Of a stretch of DNA of 64,000 nt, positions 58,686 to 64,000 are shown piece by piece. How positions within the stretch are numbered: the stretch's first letter is position 1; each line of letters opens with the position of its first letter. The notes under the pieces were generated by a model, which worked only from the letters and a program-made list of their open reading frames with translations, was not told the origin of the DNA and did no database searches. Both the position numbers and the translations under genes were made by a program. Source of the stretch: the human T2T-CHM13v2.0 reference genome, Homo sapiens; the NCBI RefSeq assembly GCF_009914755.1, contig NC_060929.1. One strand, written 5' to 3'.

Positions 58686-61600
58686 CATGGAAAAATTTCA
58701 AAATAAGGTCAGACTCAGGTGATTTATTCTTGTTAAGAAGAGAATTGTAGTAAGAATTTGATTCAAAGATGTTGAGTTGTAGAGAATTCTATTAGCAGAA
58801 GCTACTGAACAGCTGTGAGTTCCACCTTTCTTTTATTCCCCTGTCTCAACCAGGAAACCCCCATCTCACTTGAAGTCTAGTGGAAAGGGCTTTAAGAGAA
58901 CTATTCTGAGAACTTGATATGTATCTCCTGCAGTAGTTTAAAAAATTAGATTGTAGCCTAGCTTCTGGATGAAAAATCTGAAGGCTGAGAGTGGCCCAGT
59001 CAGTCACTTTTATGGCACAGAAAAAGAGAACTGCTGTTGACTTGGGAATCAGGCTGGATTGTACAAGCAAGGTCAAGGACCACTTGAACAGTCAAGGCAA
59101 TTATTTCACTCTGTGATTTTCTGCGCTCCAAACCTTCCAGAATTCCCATATAGTCTCATCAAATGGAAAAAGCACACCTGCAACATTTGTAAGATTCAAT
59201 TTTTCAGCCAACTTCACGGGAGTGCAAAGTTGTATTTTATTTAAGAAAATAAAGAAATGGAATTTAGCTCTAGTTAATTGAAATATTAATTCTATAAAAA
59301 TAGAAATCAGGATTGTAAAATCATGAAACTTATCATCTCAACAAGTTTGATTTCATATTTTCAGCATTTCCTTTTTATGATAAGCCATTAAAATCAACAA
59401 AGTAAATGTATAGTATCCAAATGCCAATTGAATTAAATATTGAGTATTAAAAAGCTTCATAAAAAGAATAATAGAAGCAAAGGCAACTCTAAGTTATCCA
59501 GAAAGCCTCATTTAAAAAACCAAGATACAAACTATTCTATAAAATGTGTTTAAAAAAATAGTGAGGAGTTAGTAGTATTTGTACTGGTGGTTGAAACATA
59601 TGTGATAAAAATAACACTATAAAGGAAATGTTTCTAGAAACATACAAATAATCTGGAAGAATTCTTTAATATCCAAATTTGAAGCTTCAAAGAAGGAAAT
59701 ATGTTCAGCCAAACAAATAAATTAATTCTAAATAGGTATACATTTCTAAGATGTTAACTGATATATATTATTCTTTCATAAGATTAATAAATGATTTGCC
59801 TGGATCAACCCATAAATTTGGTTTTGGCAATGGCAATAATCACAATGATAACCAAAATGAGATGCCAGATTTGTGAGGCCATGTTTTGTTTGAAGAGCTG
59901 AAGATAAATATGGCAATGAAGCATCTTGTTTTCATCGTATTTATCTATCCAACCATTTGGTATATTAAACATGCTATTGCTCTGTCTGCACAGCACAGCA
60001 TGAAGTGGCTATTTGGCAACTTTTCAATTAACTTCACCAAGGTGGTAAACCAAACCAGATAATTCAGGTTAAAAAAAAAAATCACACTTTCGAATTATCA
60101 GATCTGGCTGTCTACATCAGGGACTAATTGAAAGCAGAAAAGAACTGCTTGTCAAACACAGTCACTTAAAATTATTAAACTGATTAAACAGATCCTTCAT
60201 TGCCTAAATTACAAGACAAGTTAAATTTTAATAGCCAAAAGGGGAACCTAAGGCAGTGTCTTTATAATAAAATGGATTGGCTGTTTAAGATCAAACACTA
60301 AGTACACAATCTTATTGTAATCAGCTGATTCAAGTGAGTAGTTCTAATATTTAAATCACTAAAATAACCTTATCATTACTGTGAGAAGATAAAATCAGAT
60401 AAAATTATATTTTTATAAACTAAGTATTGCACTACTTTCGCAGTGTATAAGTGCTTTGTGATTTTACTAGAAAGAATAGTATATGGATATTGATTAATGT
60501 GCTTAACAGATTATCGGGTTCCAATGTGATTTTTAATACAGAATTTCCTAGAATCATTTATTAAATTCATTCTAAATTTGTTAAAATTAAATAACTTCAT
60601 GAAAGGTAAATGCAGCCTTTTGCTATTACGACTGTTTTTTAGATTGTGGTTTTAATAATTTGGATTCTGCTTAGTCAGCTATCATAATTGCATTTGGATT
60701 ATGCACAATTCATTTGTGCTCTTATTTATTCTTTAAAACATCCAAATTTATAAAGCATAGAAATTTCACTGTTAGGTAATACTACAAACAATACAATGAA
60801 AAATAATAATGTCAGATTTTCTGGAAAATCTCTCTTTTAAAAGTTCTGAATTCTGTGATTTACTGTTTATTGAGAACCAATTATATGTGATTGCATATTT
60901 GTTGCTTCATAGATTCAAAAGTCTGGGATATTTATTTACCTAATGGTAGTGTATTCTGATCAATGTTATGACCTATGTATCTGATAATTTCACTTACACA
61001 TATAGTATACTCTTTGTGATTATAAAAATAGAGCAAGTTATCCCTTATTTACACCTGCAGACACTCACTGATTTTAATTAATAGTGGACTCAATTAGATG
61101 TAGATCTGCTAAAGCCCAACTTTTTATGTTCCTTTTAAATTTATATCTATAGTTGGGTTCTCTTTTGATTGATATTCCTTAAAAAATGGTCCTGTCAGTT
61201 GACCAGTTAATGCAAGGTTATCGTTGTTTGTCAGCCTGAATGAAAGTAATTCAACAATGATATCTATTCTTTCCAATTTGTGCTGCAATTCAAGAAGAAA
61301 GTTATTAATAGCACTAGAAACTTTTGTGAGTGAAAATAGGGTAAGTGCCTTATGTTATTCATTCAATTAAACAAATGATTTATCACTTGCCTGAATATTT
61401 GAATATAAATTTTTCTTTTCTAACTTGAATTTTTAATCAATGAATGTCATTAATAGATTTCTAGAATGTCCATGTTCTCTATCAATATATCAAAATAGAT
61501 CTAGAAATTTCAGAGTGTTTCTGAATCTATCACAATTGTTTGAAACAACACATTTATTTTTCTAACCAACATGTTAAAAATTAAATTTAAATGAGAAAAA

Positions 61601-62169
61601 CAAGATCCTTCACATCAACCTAATGTTACTCAAATTAAAATTTTTCTTTTCGGATAATAAAATATTATGGATTTGGGGAAAACATTAGATAAATAATACG
61701 CTTAATGTCATCTAACACAAAAAAGTTGATATTTTGCACTAAAAAAAAAAAGTGGTCCTGCTCTTAGAAGTGATAACAGTAATAACCCTAAAGTAAAAAG
61801 TCAATATGAACTGGTGAAAATATATCAAATAAAGTTACCACAATGAACACTTTCATAAGAAAGTACATTTTGAAAGTAATACAGTAAACCAAGTTATCTG
61901 CAAATATATGAGGAGATAACATATGTGCAATATTACTTATATCCTTAAATTAATTTTAGAAAGACCCACAGTATTCAACTTGAAACTGTATTACCATATG
62001 GTTTTCACAAATTGATTTATTTTATACAACAAAGAATCAATTTTCTTATACTGTACACTTACATAATACTAAAGATAACATTTTTCAAAATTTTAATTTT
62101 AACACTTTAGTTTTTGAGAAAACAAATTAAAGCTTTGCTTGCTAAATTCTGATCTTTTAAAACTCATTA

Positions 62170-63150
62170 TGCTTAGAAATATATCTAACCAAAGAGGAGA
62201 AAGAACTCTACAAGCAAAACTACAAAACACTGCTAAAAGACGTAAACAACACAAACAAATGGAAACACATCCCATGCTCCTGGTTGTGTAGAAGCAATAT
62301 TATGAAAATGACCATACTGCCAAAAGCAATTTACTAATTCAATGCAGTTTCCATTAAAATACCATCATCATTTTTCACAGAATTAGAAAAAACAATTCTA
62401 AATTTCATATGGAACCAAAAAAGAGCCCACATATCCAAAGCAAGACAAAGCATAAACAACAAACCTGGAGGCCTCACATTACCTGATTTCAAACTATATA
62501 GTAAGGCCATAGTCACCAAAAGAGCATGGTACTGGTATAAAAATAGGCATATAGACCAATGGAACAGAATAGAGAACCCAGAAGTAAACCCAAATATGTA
62601 CAGCCAACTGATCTTTGACAAAGCAAACAAAAACTTAAAGTGGGGAAGGGATACCTTTTTCAACAAATGGTGCTGGGGTAACTGGCTAGCCACATGTAAG
62701 AGAATATAACTGGCTCCTCATCTCTCATCTTATACAAAAATCAACTCGAGATGGATCAAGGATTTAAATCTAAGACCTGAAACTATTAAAAATTCTAGAA
62801 GATAACATTGAATAAACCCTTCTAGACATTGGCTTGGGCAAGGATTTCATGACCAAGAACCCAAAAGCAAATGCAATAAAAATAAAAATAAATAGCTGGG
62901 ACTTAATTAAACTAAAGAGCTTTTGCACAGCAAAAGAAACAGTCACCAGTGTTAACAGACAACTCACAGAGTGGGAGAAAATCTTCACACTCTATACATC
63001 TGACAAAAGGACTAATATCCAGAATCTACAATGAACTCAAACTGGCAAGAAAATAAACAAACAATCCCATCAAAAAGTGGGCGAGGAACATGAATAGACA
63101 ATTCTCAAAAGAAGATACACAAATGGTCAACAAACATGAAAAATGCTCAA
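62170..63150 (+). mobile_element. L1PB-type ORF2 fragment, disrupted
   Basis: Translation [36 protein letters not shown]; stops and frameshifts present. Confidence 0.93.
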
Positions 63151-64000
63151 TATATATTATATAAATGCTCCATATAATATATATGATATATAATATGTTA
63201 TATAATATAATGTTATTATATAACATTAATATATAATATATATTATAATATAAAAAAACGCTCAATATAATACATACTATATAAATAATATATATTATAT
63301 ATAATATAATACATATTATATATAATATATATTATATATAATATAATACATATTATATATAATATATATTATATATAATATAATACATATTATATATAAT
63401 ATATATAATACATATTATATATAATATATATTATATATAATATAATACATATTATATATAATATATATTATATATAATATAATATATATTGTATATAATA
63501 TATTATATAAATAATTATAAAAAATTATAAAATTTTATAAAAAATTATAAAAAATAAATATATATTATATATAATTAATAAATTATATAAATTATATATG
63601 AATTATATATAATATATTATATAAATAATGTATAAATAATATATAATATATTGTATATAATTAATATATAAATAATATATACATTATATATATTATATAT
63701 AATTAACATATTATATTAATTATATATAATATATTATATATTATATATAATTAATATAATATGTTAATTATATATAATATATTATATATTATATATTATA
63801 TATAATATATTATATATTATATATTATATATAATAAATATATAATATATAATTAATATTATATATCATTATATATATAATATATAAATAATATATATAAT
63901 GTATATAAATAATATATATATAATGATATATAATATAATGTATATTATATATTATATATTTATTATATATTATATATTATATAAATTATATATAACTAAT
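63151..64000. repeat. AT-rich low-complexity/minisatellite tract, continues past the window end
   Basis: Nearly pure A/T; 37-bp unit acatattatatataatatatattatatataatataat near 63311-63480. Confidence 0.95.

Noticed and set aside
62334-63034. ORFs around the L1PB fragment
   Set aside because: Sense and antisense translations of a dead L1 ORF2 with stops and frameshifts

Overview
AT-rich, CpG-poor primate genomic DNA (AluY present, so catarrhine, human-like) from a gene desert or large intron. I found no protein-coding gene, RNA gene, CpG island or prokaryotic-type system. The longer ORFs fall mostly in Alu, L1, MaLR or simple repeats; the rest are short AT-rich chance ORFs. Most of the window is transposon fossils: Alu J/S/Y, L1PA/PB/MA/MB/MC/ME and HAL1, L2, MIR, a full THE1C provirus, THE1D/MST/MLT/LTR16/LTR33/LTR40/MER31 LTRs, and Tigger/Charlie DNA elements. 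Subfamily names come from remembered consensus motifs and need RepeatMasker/Dfam confirmation. The best-supported unusual structures are a three-level nesting AluJ<THE1C<AluS with all TSDs readable, three local templated duplications (about 10.0, 29.7/30.6 and 43.4 kb), a twin-primed L1, a doubly truncated Alu with a TSD, a closely spaced inverted Alu pair, and a palindromic AT-rich minisatellite growing out of an L1PB at the window end. I did not find a convincing new biological system.
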